IMG/VR virus record: IMGVR_UViG_2974610597_000001
Reading direction: 5' to 3' (one strand)
Source of the DNA: Escherichia virus ESCO5
Taxonomy: Duplodnaviria; Heunggongvirae; Uroviricota; Caudoviricetes
Length of the DNA: 64,000 nucleotides
Position numbers and translations under genes: made by a program. Numbering within the stretch: the first letter of the stretch is position 1; every line of letters starts with the position of its first letter. The notes beneath the pieces are model-generated. The model ran no database searches and was not told where the DNA came from. It saw only the letters and a program-made list of their open reading frames with translations. This document shows, one piece after another, positions 8,864 to 17,835 of the stretch.

Positions 8864-10852
8864 TTGTTAGAAATTAACGCCTCCAAAATTAGTAACGTGG
8901 TTACGTTTAAGGTGGACAAGAACAGTCTCAAGGAAGCAAAAGATGCCGTGTTGAGTGTTCAGAAGTTTGCAAATAAAATGCAACCCACTATGAACATGAC
9001 CAAGTTTAGACAACAAATGAAAGAGATTGAGCGTGAACTTAAGAAAGCTCAAACTCAAAGTCAAAAACCTATGCGAGCACCTACTCCCGCTGGAGCGGGT
9101 GCTCCTGTAGGCGGATCTGGCAGACCTAGAACTCCTAAAACCCCGCAAGGAAGAGAAGAAGAAAAAGCTCGTAAAGCTGCTGAACGCGAAGCTAAAGCAG
9201 CAGCACGTAGGGAAGACTTAGGTAATCTTCGTTTGCAGAACTTTAACTATCGAGCAAGAGCATTTAGTAAAGCCAGTCCTGGCGCTATGCAAGAAGCTAG
9301 AGACGTTATGGGTAAAGCTGTAGAGCAATACAAAAAGGGTGAAATAACTCTTCAACGTATGAACCAAGCTCTTGCTCACCAGTTAGATGCTTTACGCAGA
9401 TCGCATCGTGAAAAGAATGCTGAAATAGAAGACGAGGTTCGTGGTCGCCGTCGTATTCGTAGAGAGCTAGAAGCAGAAGCTAAAACCCGTATACGTATGC
9501 GAAATCGTGAACTTAGAGATATAGAACGCAACCGTAAGCGTGAATTAGCTCAACAAAGACGTGATCGTGATCGTCGATATGGACAATTAAAAGAAGGTGC
9601 GGCAGGTCTTAATCCACGCATGATTGCATCCTCTTTGATCGGTGCTGGGTTATTTGCAGGGGGTTCTGTAGTTGGTAACACTTTGATGAATACTAACGAA
9701 AGGATTAAACTTGTAAGCCGTGGTGCTGAAAACGTTCAGACAAACGCCAACGCTATTTTGGCAATGACAGCTTGGGGTGAACAGAACGGTGTAGACTCTG
9801 CAAATATTATTAAGTCAATAGATAATATTAAAGACGTTCGTGAACGTCTTGGTAATACAGTTTTAGCCTCAAAATGGAATGAGAAAGAAGGGAAGTGGAA
9901 AGGCGGTGATAATGGCATAAATGACATTATGAACTTGTTTGGATGGAATCCAGAACAGCTTAAACCTTTACAGAACGATCCTTTGGCTTTTATTCAGGCT
10001 ACTGTTAATGAAGGTGAGCGTCGAGGTATGAACTCTGCTCAAATCGGGCGACTTCTTGAAAACCTTGGTGATGACCTTATGCACTACCAACGTATGTTTA
10101 GTAAAAACGGCGAAGGGTATAATGAAGTATTGAAAATGCTTCAAAGAACAGGTGCAACATTAACTCAAGAACAAATAGATGCTTCTAAAGAGTTTACTCG
10201 TTTTGCTGCAACAGTTCAGCTTGTAGGTCAAGGTATGCAGAACCATTTCTTAGAGGGTTTTGTGAAAGCCTTACCTAAAGATGATTCTTGGTTGGATAAC
10301 GTTAAAGTGCTAGATCAGTTTGCCAAAGATTTAGGTGAAGAACTTGGTAAGACAACAGTTCAATTAGGAGGTTTTGCTAAAGAATTGGGAGATGGTTTCG
10401 GATCTTTTACCAATTGGCTTAAAGAGACATTCCCAGACACCTTCGGAGACAACACAGATCCTAATAAATCTATGGCACAAAAGGCATATGAGGCAACGCA
10501 AAGTGGAGACAGCAATCCTGTAGCAGATTGGTTGTACAATTTAACAGGTATTGATACACAAGATGTTGGTCGTATGTGGAGAGGAGAACAAACAAGGACA
10601 CGTGCTTTTGGATTTGGTAATCCTCTTGAAGATTTACGTGAATCAGCCTATACACCTAACGTAAGTTTGGCTCGTAATCAACCTATTGTTGAGAATACGG
10701 TAGCAATACCAAGTGATCTTATCAAAGTTACGATCAGCCCTTCTTCAGAGTTTGGAAATATTCTTGATGCAAGAATTCAAAATAGCGGAAATAGCATTTT
10801 CCAACGTTTATCTCTTTCAACTCTAAGTGGACAATCTAACACTGGTGGTTAA
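8864..10852 (+). CDS. tail tape measure protein
   Basis: 662 aa; Arg/Lys/Glu-rich coiled-coil N-terminal half and Gly-rich hydrophobic segment; follows the chaperone pair; TTG start after GAGGA. Confidence 0.8.
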   Translation: MLEINASKISNVVTFKVDKNSLKEAKDAVLSVQKFANKMQPTMNMTKFRQQMKEIERELKKAQTQSQKPMRAPTPAGAGAPVGGSGRPRTPKTPQGREEEKARKAAEREAKAAARREDLGNLRLQNFNYRARAFSKASPGAMQEARDVMGKAVEQYKKGEITLQRMNQALAHQLDALRRSHREKNAEIEDEVRGRRRIRRELEAEAKTRIRMRNRELRDIERNRKRELAQQRRDRDRRYGQLKEGAAGLNPRMIASSLIGAGLFAGGSVVGNTLMNTNERIKLVSRGAENVQTNANAILAMTAWGEQNGVDSANIIKSIDNIKDVRERLGNTVLASKWNEKEGKWKGGDNGINDIMNLFGWNPEQLKPLQNDPLAFIQATVNEGERRGMNSAQIGRLLENLGDDLMHYQRMFSKNGEGYNEVLKMLQRTGATLTQEQIDASKEFTRFAATVQLVGQGMQNHFLEGFVKALPKDDSWLDNVKVLDQFAKDLGEELGKTTVQLGGFAKELGDGFGSFTNWLKETFPDTFGDNTDPNKSMAQKAYEATQSGDSNPVADWLYNLTGIDTQDVGRMWRGEQTRTRAFGFGNPLEDLRESAYTPNVSLARNQPIVENTVAIPSDLIKVTISPSSEFGNILDARIQNSGNSIFQRLSLSTLSGQSNTGG

Positions 10853-10859
10853 TAAAATA

Positions 10860-10881
10860 CCTCGCTTCGGCGGGGTTTTTT
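10860..10881 (+). terminator. rho-independent terminator
   Basis: CCTCGC, TTCG loop, GCGGGG (one G-U pair), then TTTTTT at 10876-10881. Confidence 0.7.
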
Positions 10882-10889
10882 CGTTTCCC

Positions 10890-10919
10890 TTGACACAAAG
10901 TTTCTATATGTGTTACAAT
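10890..10919 (+). promoter_or_regulatory. sigma70-like promoter (TTGACA - 17 bp - TTACAAT)
   Basis: -35 at 10890-10895 and -10 at 10913-10919, immediately after the terminator and upstream of the baseplate genes. Confidence 0.45.
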
Positions 10920-10978
10920 AATCAATATGGGAAGATCTTGCATCTTCCTTTTGGCATTATCATTACTACGAGGTTATC

Positions 10979-11680
10979 ATGGCAGCAATGACTCCACAAC
11001 AGTCGGTGAGAGCCGTCTATAAGGCAGAACAGGAAATCAACTCTACCGAGAATAAAAATACCTCGGCATCTACTGTAAAGGGTGATAATGGTTTCTGCAT
11101 TTTAGCAAGTGTTTATAATAGTTCAAGTGATCAATACATTCAAAACTTTAAAGCAATTACTTTCGATTCGGTCCCTGAAGTAGGTGTAACTCGTGAGGCA
11201 GATGTTACAAGTTTTCCAGTAGAATCAGGATCGGATGTAAGTGACCACGTTCAAATAAAAAACAACAGATTTAAACTTTCAGGTATAATTACCGAAACAC
11301 CAATTCGGCTTATGCGAGATCAATTATACAGTGCAGGTGTAAATGGAGCAAGGATTTCTCAAGCAATAGAATATCTAGATCAAATATTTGAGTCAAGACA
11401 ACCAATAGTTCTTTTGACAGAACACAGGACTTTTGAAAATGTTATTCTGAAAGGCTACTCTTATGATTATAAATCTGAATTTGCTATGCAATTTGATTTA
11501 GAGTTCGAACAAATTCGTCTAGTCTCTAAGGCCACTACTAATGCTATTGCTGTAAAAACAGCACCAAATAAGTCAACTGGTGGTGATGTGAAAGGTCAAG
11601 TCGCTTCTAATGGTCCTAAGTCAGATATTACAGTAAGAACTGCTGAAGCTACTAATACCCCAACAAACAACGGAGGTTAA
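10979..11680 (+). CDS. tail or baseplate-associated structural protein
   Basis: 233-aa ORF, first gene after the tape measure; by position only. Confidence 0.4.
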   Translation: MAAMTPQQSVRAVYKAEQEINSTENKNTSASTVKGDNGFCILASVYNSSSDQYIQNFKAITFDSVPEVGVTREADVTSFPVESGSDVSDHVQIKNNRFKLSGIITETPIRLMRDQLYSAGVNGARISQAIEYLDQIFESRQPIVLLTEHRTFENVILKGYSYDYKSEFAMQFDLEFEQIRLVSKATTNAIAVKTAPNKSTGGDVKGQVASNGPKSDITVRTAEATNTPTNNGG

Positions 11681-11682
11681 TA

Positions 11683-12096
11683 GTGACAACTTATTCTAAA
11701 ACAACAAGGTCTACAAGTAATACTGGCTACAGTGCAGTTTATCTGGAGGACCATTCTACTTATTTTGCATGGTATCTGAAAACTGAAGAGTACCCTGATC
11801 AAACATATACAGTTACATTGGATGGAGTTGATTATGACATTCGTTTAAGGTGGAACACTAGGGACGAGTCTTGGCAATGTCAGATAGGATTATCTGGAGA
11901 TGATCCAAGTATAAGTTTCAAAGTTACAAATGGTTTAGATCTTCTTAAACCTTATAAATATCTTGAAAGTGTGCCAGATGGTCAATTGTATATAGTAGAT
12001 ACAGTTAAGATTAATGGTCGTCCTGGGTATACAACTACAGGTCGAGATAAACGTTTTGTATTGGTTTATATTGATAACAAACCTAATCAGGCGTAA
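11683..12096 (+). CDS. hypothetical baseplate protein
   Basis: 137-aa ORF tightly packed in the baseplate operon. Confidence 0.4.
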   Translation: MTTYSKTTRSTSNTGYSAVYLEDHSTYFAWYLKTEEYPDQTYTVTLDGVDYDIRLRWNTRDESWQCQIGLSGDDPSISFKVTNGLDLLKPYKYLESVPDGQLYIVDTVKINGRPGYTTTGRDKRFVLVYIDNKPNQA

Positions 12097-12105
12097 GGAG
12101 ATAAT

Positions 12106-13116
12106 ATGGCAGAAAGAGAGTATACAAAAGCTCCTGCCCCTAATTTAAACAGGGCATACAAATTATTAATTGGTTCTGCCACAAACACAATACAGAAGAG
12201 AACTAAGAACTCGGCATTTAAATCTACAGTAGATTTGGATACTAAGTTAGGCACAACAGAAAAATCCTCTTCTAATTTGTATTTGTTGCAAGACCATCAA
12301 ATAACCTTCAGCATTAAGAAAGATAATAATAAAGATCCTAACCAAGCAGAGATTGTAGTTTATAATCTATCGGATGATACTGTTAACTATATAAACCGTG
12401 GTATCCGAAATAACTTGGCGGTTGCTCTAGCGGTAGGATACGAAGGTGAAGAGTTGGTTATGATTTTCAAAGGAACTATCCAATGGGTTAGTGATACTTT
12501 TGACTCGGTAGACAGGAAAACCACTTTACACTGTTTGGATGGCGGTATTAACATTGCAGAAGCAAGAACAAGCCGCAGTTATCCAAAAGGAACTAAAATC
12601 AAACGTGTTGTGACAGATTTGGTAAAAGATTTAGGAACTACAGAAGGTAATATACACGTAGACAATGATCAAACCTTATCCTCAGCAACAGCTATGTGTG
12701 GAAACACTTCACATTACCTAGAACATATTTGTAAAAGTATTGATCACAATGTGTCAATACAAGATGGATCTGTTTATGTCACTCCTCGTTCACAAATGTC
12801 TAGTGCACGTAGCGCCTACATTAGCCCTGAAACTGGTCTGATAGGAAGTCCAGAACCATTCCACAACGATATAAAACCTACTAAAAAAGTTACCAAGTCC
12901 TCTAAGAAGGCAAAGAAACCTACAGATGGTGTTAAATTCAAATGCCAAATGAATGGTGCAATACTACCAGAAAAAACAATCTGGTTAAAAAGCCGAGATT
13001 ATGATGGTCCATTTAAAGTTGTTTCTGTTTCTCACAATGGTGATAAAGAGGGTAAAGAGTGGGTTACTGAAGTGGAGTGTGTATCCGTGTCTGAAATAAT
13101 GACTAAGGAGAAATAA
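12106..13116 (+). CDS. putative baseplate hub protein
   Basis: 336 aa directly upstream of the spike gene; RBS AAGGAG. Confidence 0.4.
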   Translation: MAEREYTKAPAPNLNRAYKLLIGSATNTIQKRTKNSAFKSTVDLDTKLGTTEKSSSNLYLLQDHQITFSIKKDNNKDPNQAEIVVYNLSDDTVNYINRGIRNNLAVALAVGYEGEELVMIFKGTIQWVSDTFDSVDRKTTLHCLDGGINIAEARTSRSYPKGTKIKRVVTDLVKDLGTTEGNIHVDNDQTLSSATAMCGNTSHYLEHICKSIDHNVSIQDGSVYVTPRSQMSSARSAYISPETGLIGSPEPFHNDIKPTKKVTKSSKKAKKPTDGVKFKCQMNGAILPEKTIWLKSRDYDGPFKVVSVSHNGDKEGKEWVTEVECVSVSEIMTKEK

Positions 13117-13850
13117 TGGATGCATTGAATTTTGTCACAGCAATGCGTGGCTTAATGACAGAACAATTAGCAGAAGTCCATACAGCCCTGCCAGTCCGTG
13201 TGACTGGCGTTAATTATGGTGCTAAAACTGTCACTTTAGAATCTATTGTTAAAAACACACGATCTAGTGAAGATGAAATAGATTATCCTACTTTTGAAGA
13301 TGTTCCTTTTATGGTTAATGGGGGTGGGACAGGAAGAATCTCATTCCCTATTAAAGCTGGCGATTTAGGAACTGTTATATTTTCTGAAAGAGATCCTTCT
13401 AATGCACTGCAAACTAGTGGAGAAACCTCTTCATCATCCACTTTTATGCAGCCTTGTGGATTATACCCTATTTGTTTTATTCCCAAAATAGCTACAGGAA
13501 CAGATTCAACAGAAGCCGTAGATTCTGAAAAGGTAGTTATTTCTAATAACAAAAACACGTACGCTTCTTTCGACCCTACAGGTAATATTTCAATATGGAA
13601 TAGTCAAGGGATGAAAATAGATATTACTACCTCCGGTATTACTATTACAGATGGCACAGGGACTTTGGATCTAAAAGGTGGTAATTTAACTTTCAAAGGC
13701 GGCGTGGCAGATATCAATGGTCTTAAAATAGATCAGAACGGTTTGATGACAGATGGTAATGGCATCGGATTCCATACTCACACGCACACGGTTCGTAACA
13801 TTCAGAGCGGTAACTCAAGTGCCGAGTCCTTAAAACCAACAGGAGCCTAA
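13116..13850 (+). CDS. baseplate central spike protein (gpV/gp5-like)
   Basis: 244 aa; Gly/Thr-rich repetitive C-terminal half ending in GIGFHTHTHTV, an HxH-type motif like the metal-binding tip of P2 gpV-type spikes. Confidence 0.55.
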   Translation: MDALNFVTAMRGLMTEQLAEVHTALPVRVTGVNYGAKTVTLESIVKNTRSSEDEIDYPTFEDVPFMVNGGGTGRISFPIKAGDLGTVIFSERDPSNALQTSGETSSSSTFMQPCGLYPICFIPKIATGTDSTEAVDSEKVVISNNKNTYASFDPTGNISIWNSQGMKIDITTSGITITDGTGTLDLKGGNLTFKGGVADINGLKIDQNGLMTDGNGIGFHTHTHTVRNIQSGNSSAESLKPTGA

Positions 13851-13851
13851 C

Positions 13852-14478
13852 ATGGGAATCCCTTTTGACTTAAAACTTGGGCCAAACAACGACCTCATCA
13901 TGGATGATGGGGATTTGGTCCTCACTACAACCAGAACAGAAATTGCAGCACAAACTCTTGGGATAACTCTGAACACGTATCGTGGAGAGTGGTTTTTAAA
14001 TACTAACTTCGGTGTTCCTTACTTACAAGAGATTATTGGTGTTGCTAGAAAGAAAGATATTGTAGACAGAATATTTTTAGCAGAGATTGCCAAAAACGTT
14101 TACATAGATACAATAAACAGTTATAAATCTGCTTATGACATGGATCAACGTTATTACTCAATGACAGTTATGGTGACAGTTGGAGCAGATACAGTAACAT
14201 CCATATTCAATACTCAACCTTCTGAAGAGTTTATTTACCCTGAAGCTGGTGAAGACAATGCAGCGATCATTTGTGAAGCTTACAGTATTGTTGAGAATTC
14301 GAATAGACTTTATCGCTTTATCAACTTTGTTGGTTTGCCACGTGATACCTACTCTACTTGGTGGAATGAATGGTCTACAGAGTCAGCAGGGGAAAGAATC
14401 ATGGTTAACGAAAAAGGTGATGCATTAGCTACAAACAATAATTTCGGTATAACAGCTATGACAGGAGTAGAAGAATAA
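13852..14478 (+). CDS. baseplate wedge protein (gpW/gp25-like)
   Basis: N-terminal segment EIAAQTLGITLNTYRGEWFLNTNFGVPYLQEI resembles the gp25/GPW signature; directly follows the spike gene. Confidence 0.5.
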   Translation: MGIPFDLKLGPNNDLIMDDGDLVLTTTRTEIAAQTLGITLNTYRGEWFLNTNFGVPYLQEIIGVARKKDIVDRIFLAEIAKNVYIDTINSYKSAYDMDQRYYSMTVMVTVGADTVTSIFNTQPSEEFIYPEAGEDNAAIICEAYSIVENSNRLYRFINFVGLPRDTYSTWWNEWSTESAGERIMVNEKGDALATNNNFGITAMTGVEE

Positions 14479-14951
14479 TGGCAGATTTAACTACGATCAA
14501 AGTTTCTGATCTTACACAAACAACCTCTGTGTCTGATACAGATTTCTTTGTAACAGATCAGGCTGGAATAACAAAGAAGACTTCTTTGAAAGTGCTGTTG
14601 AGTGGTGCAGGGGTAACTAGAAACCGTTTAAATGCACGGGGAACAGTAACTAGCACCTTGGCATTAGATATTAGTTCAGCAGAATATTTTTCGGCAACCT
14701 TATCTTCTGCAACGTGCACAATTAGTTTTACTAATATTCCAGTAGCAACGAATGCAGTTTTAAACTTTACTTTAGCTTTGCGTCAAGGAAGTGGCGCAAA
14801 TAAAGTCGTATGGCCTTCTTCTGTAAAATGGAGTTTTGGTCGTTCCCCAGTTTTGAGTTATCGTCAAGGTGCAACAGACACTTTTGAGTTTATCAGTTAT
14901 GATAATGGAGCAACTTGGACAGGTAGCTTAGTTTTAGCAGGAGTTATTTAA
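14478..14951 (+). CDS. hypothetical baseplate or tail-fibre-associated protein
   Basis: 157-aa ORF whose start overlaps the upstream stop. Confidence 0.4.
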   Translation: MADLTTIKVSDLTQTTSVSDTDFFVTDQAGITKKTSLKVLLSGAGVTRNRLNARGTVTSTLALDISSAEYFSATLSSATCTISFTNIPVATNAVLNFTLALRQGSGANKVVWPSSVKWSFGRSPVLSYRQGATDTFEFISYDNGATWTGSLVLAGVI

Positions 14952-17827
14952 TGTCAAGAGTTAAGCACAATATTGACAACACGTTTCAGTTGATTGAAGG
15001 GTTGGTTCAGTTTTTGGAAAGAAATACTGGGCTTACCATAGATCCTACGGTTCAGCATTACATTATCAACCCACAAAACGTATTGGCGAACAACAGACAC
15101 TTTATTAACTGGACAGCGCAGGAAGGGCAACCAAACGGTGACGCTACTACCGAAGGTCAATCTGTGCTTATCACTGGTTTTGCTTATGCATATTTGGCTA
15201 CAGGGGATAAAAAATATCTTGAATCTGCCGAGAAGTATTGGCAAGCCTATATAGATCACTTCTTCGGGGGCCAACCTATTCCTGATCCTCCAGCTAAATA
15301 TCGTCCCAACTGGATCATCAATGGTAAAGAACCACGTTTAGCACATTACCCTCTCACAGATGATGGGTATCCTACGCACGGCGGGTTCAAAGGTAGCATG
15401 ATGACTTGGATTAACGGAAGGACTGTTATTCCTAAAGGTGCACCGCATTGGGGGGAATACTTAGATAAAGCTTGGTTTGCTTTCAATGGCAATCTTGGTT
15501 GGAACTCCGTTAACGCAACAGTTTATGCAACTAACCCAGATGGTTCAACTAACTGGAAAGAATATGGAGATCAGTGGGATGTTGAATGGATTATAGATCG
15601 TCTAGGACGTAAAGTTGATTGGGATGGTAACATCTTATCTACAGGTCACAGCTTTGCAGAATATGGAACAGTGCAACTTAAAAATGCTTCTGTGAACGGT
15701 GACTATAAATTCAACTACGCTACATGCAACCCTGTAGAACACGGTGGATATCTGCTTAAGCGTAATGAGATGTGGCATAACCGTCCTGTAAACGTTCCGG
15801 TAGAATTAGGTTATCAAGATAATGCTTCCGATGCGGAAACGTGGTGGTGTGATGCAAACTACTTGATGTATCAGATCACAGGAGAGAGAAAATACTGGCT
15901 TTGCTGGCAATCTTCTTTATTGCTGTGTCAAGACTACTCAAACATTGATATGTTTGATAAATTCTTCCGTAGATCTACGACAGCAATAATTCCTTTTACA
16001 GATGGTATCTCTTATGATTACTCATACCCATCTACAGCAATACCTAAATACTCTCGTGACGAATTAGGATACACAGTAATTCGACAAGATGTTGCAGCCC
16101 AAACAACTCTAGAACAACAGGCAGTTTGGTTCAGAGTGGATCAGAATTCAAAACTGCGTATTGAGTTTCAAGGTGTAGATGATGCAGGGGAAGGTATTCT
16201 TTTCCGTCCAGAGTTAGAATTAAGCAAGACTAAGAGTGAAACAGACACAGTGACATATCGTTGTGGCTTACCTCTTGGTGCAGCTAATATGACTAAGATG
16301 GATATACCTTTATCTAGTTTTATGCGCACCGAACCTCCTGGAGGTGGTGTATATATTATTGCTGAACCTAGAATCATTGTTGACTGGGGAAGCAATACTG
16401 TGATACAATATAAATATGCAACTGGTATTGCTGGGACAAATAGTGATCAGATAGTTTCTGCTAATATGGATTCAGATGGTGGTTTTACTGTTGGGTTTTG
16501 GTTAACACCAACTAAAACAGCCAATTTAAAATCTATTACGTATCGTTCATACGCAGATGATTTTAACATCACTATTACGGATTCCGCAGGTTGGAGATGG
16601 TGGGCCATGTTAGAAAAAACAAATTCTACATGGGTTACTAAAGCTTTAAGTCCTGCTGATTTCAAATTAAGTACTTGGCAACCTAATCACGATGACACAG
16701 AGACAAAACCTTCGTCAATAAACCTGACTGCTATTGATCAGATCAATATTGCATTGGATTCTGAACCTGCAAATGGCTTGACAGGGGCAATCGATTTTTA
16801 TTGCGTTAACGATATCCCATCTTTGTATTCTTCAGCCACTGGTGATGACTACACAATGTATTTCAGGGTTACAGTTTCATCTGAAAATCCTTATACAGCA
16901 AAACTTGGAGATTGTACAATACTGGACTACAAACTTGACAGTTTGAATTATACTCCAGGAATCATTCCATTTTCTAATATTAGCGATCCTAACACAGCAT
17001 TATATGACGGTTGGCGCGGTATTCCTTACCCAGGTTATCAATACCCATCCTTATATTGTTTTAAAGGGAGAGATATTGATTGGGTTCGTATGAACAACAG
17101 TATAGACTTTTTATATGATTCACAAATGTGGTTTTATAATAAGTTTGCCCCTGTGATGCCTGGGCCAATGGCACAAGCTTATGTTTGGGATCGTTGGGAT
17201 GCTCATAAATACGGAAACAAGAATGAGTTCACAATGTATCATTGGAACGATAAAGCTTGGGATGGGTATGAAGCACGAGCATTCTTCTGTGCGTGTCATA
17301 CAGTATACGAACTTAAACAACGAGGAGCAGAAGTTCCTGAAAAACTTTTAACAGTTTGTAAAAACTGGATCAACTATCTGAAGTGGTTCCAAGACAACAA
17401 CGAAGGAAGAACACCAACAATATTTTATCCCAATGGAGAAGTGGCAGCGCCTGTAGATGACTTTACAAGTCACATGTCTGCGCTCTTTATGGCAGGATGT
17501 GCTATAATGGGGATGGCTGGATATGATTCAGAAATTCCTAACATTAAAATAGTAGCAGACCGCTGTTTTGAACTTATTCAGGAAAATTATATTGTTCTTG
17601 GTCCTAATCATGTTATGAATGGCTGTTGGAGTTCCGCTCCTAGACCAGATAGTGATAACGGAGTCTTCTTTGGCTTCCACGCTGGAGAGTTGTTACGTGG
17701 TTTTGGGTTGTATGCTTTATACAAAAAACTTAATCCCCAAAATGCATTACCTGTTTTGGATTCGAGCAATATTCCTGCACTTACTGTTTTGACAATGGCA
17801 AACATTAGTGTGGACGTTACCGAGTAA
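14951..17827 (+). CDS. large tail fibre or tailspike protein 1
   Basis: 958 aa, Trp/Tyr-rich; first of a run of large receptor-binding-type proteins. Confidence 0.5.
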   Translation: MSRVKHNIDNTFQLIEGLVQFLERNTGLTIDPTVQHYIINPQNVLANNRHFINWTAQEGQPNGDATTEGQSVLITGFAYAYLATGDKKYLESAEKYWQAYIDHFFGGQPIPDPPAKYRPNWIINGKEPRLAHYPLTDDGYPTHGGFKGSMMTWINGRTVIPKGAPHWGEYLDKAWFAFNGNLGWNSVNATVYATNPDGSTNWKEYGDQWDVEWIIDRLGRKVDWDGNILSTGHSFAEYGTVQLKNASVNGDYKFNYATCNPVEHGGYLLKRNEMWHNRPVNVPVELGYQDNASDAETWWCDANYLMYQITGERKYWLCWQSSLLLCQDYSNIDMFDKFFRRSTTAIIPFTDGISYDYSYPSTAIPKYSRDELGYTVIRQDVAAQTTLEQQAVWFRVDQNSKLRIEFQGVDDAGEGILFRPELELSKTKSETDTVTYRCGLPLGAANMTKMDIPLSSFMRTEPPGGGVYIIAEPRIIVDWGSNTVIQYKYATGIAGTNSDQIVSANMDSDGGFTVGFWLTPTKTANLKSITYRSYADDFNITITDSAGWRWWAMLEKTNSTWVTKALSPADFKLSTWQPNHDDTETKPSSINLTAIDQINIALDSEPANGLTGAIDFYCVNDIPSLYSSATGDDYTMYFRVTVSSENPYTAKLGDCTILDYKLDSLNYTPGIIPFSNISDPNTALYDGWRGIPYPGYQYPSLYCFKGRDIDWVRMNNSIDFLYDSQMWFYNKFAPVMPGPMAQAYVWDRWDAHKYGNKNEFTMYHWNDKAWDGYEARAFFCACHTVYELKQRGAEVPEKLLTVCKNWINYLKWFQDNNEGRTPTIFYPNGEVAAPVDDFTSHMSALFMAGCAIMGMAGYDSEIPNIKIVADRCFELIQENYIVLGPNHVMNGCWSSAPRPDSDNGVFFGFHAGELLRGFGLYALYKKLNPQNALPVLDSSNIPALTVLTMANISVDVTE

Positions 17828-17835
17828 GGGGTAAA

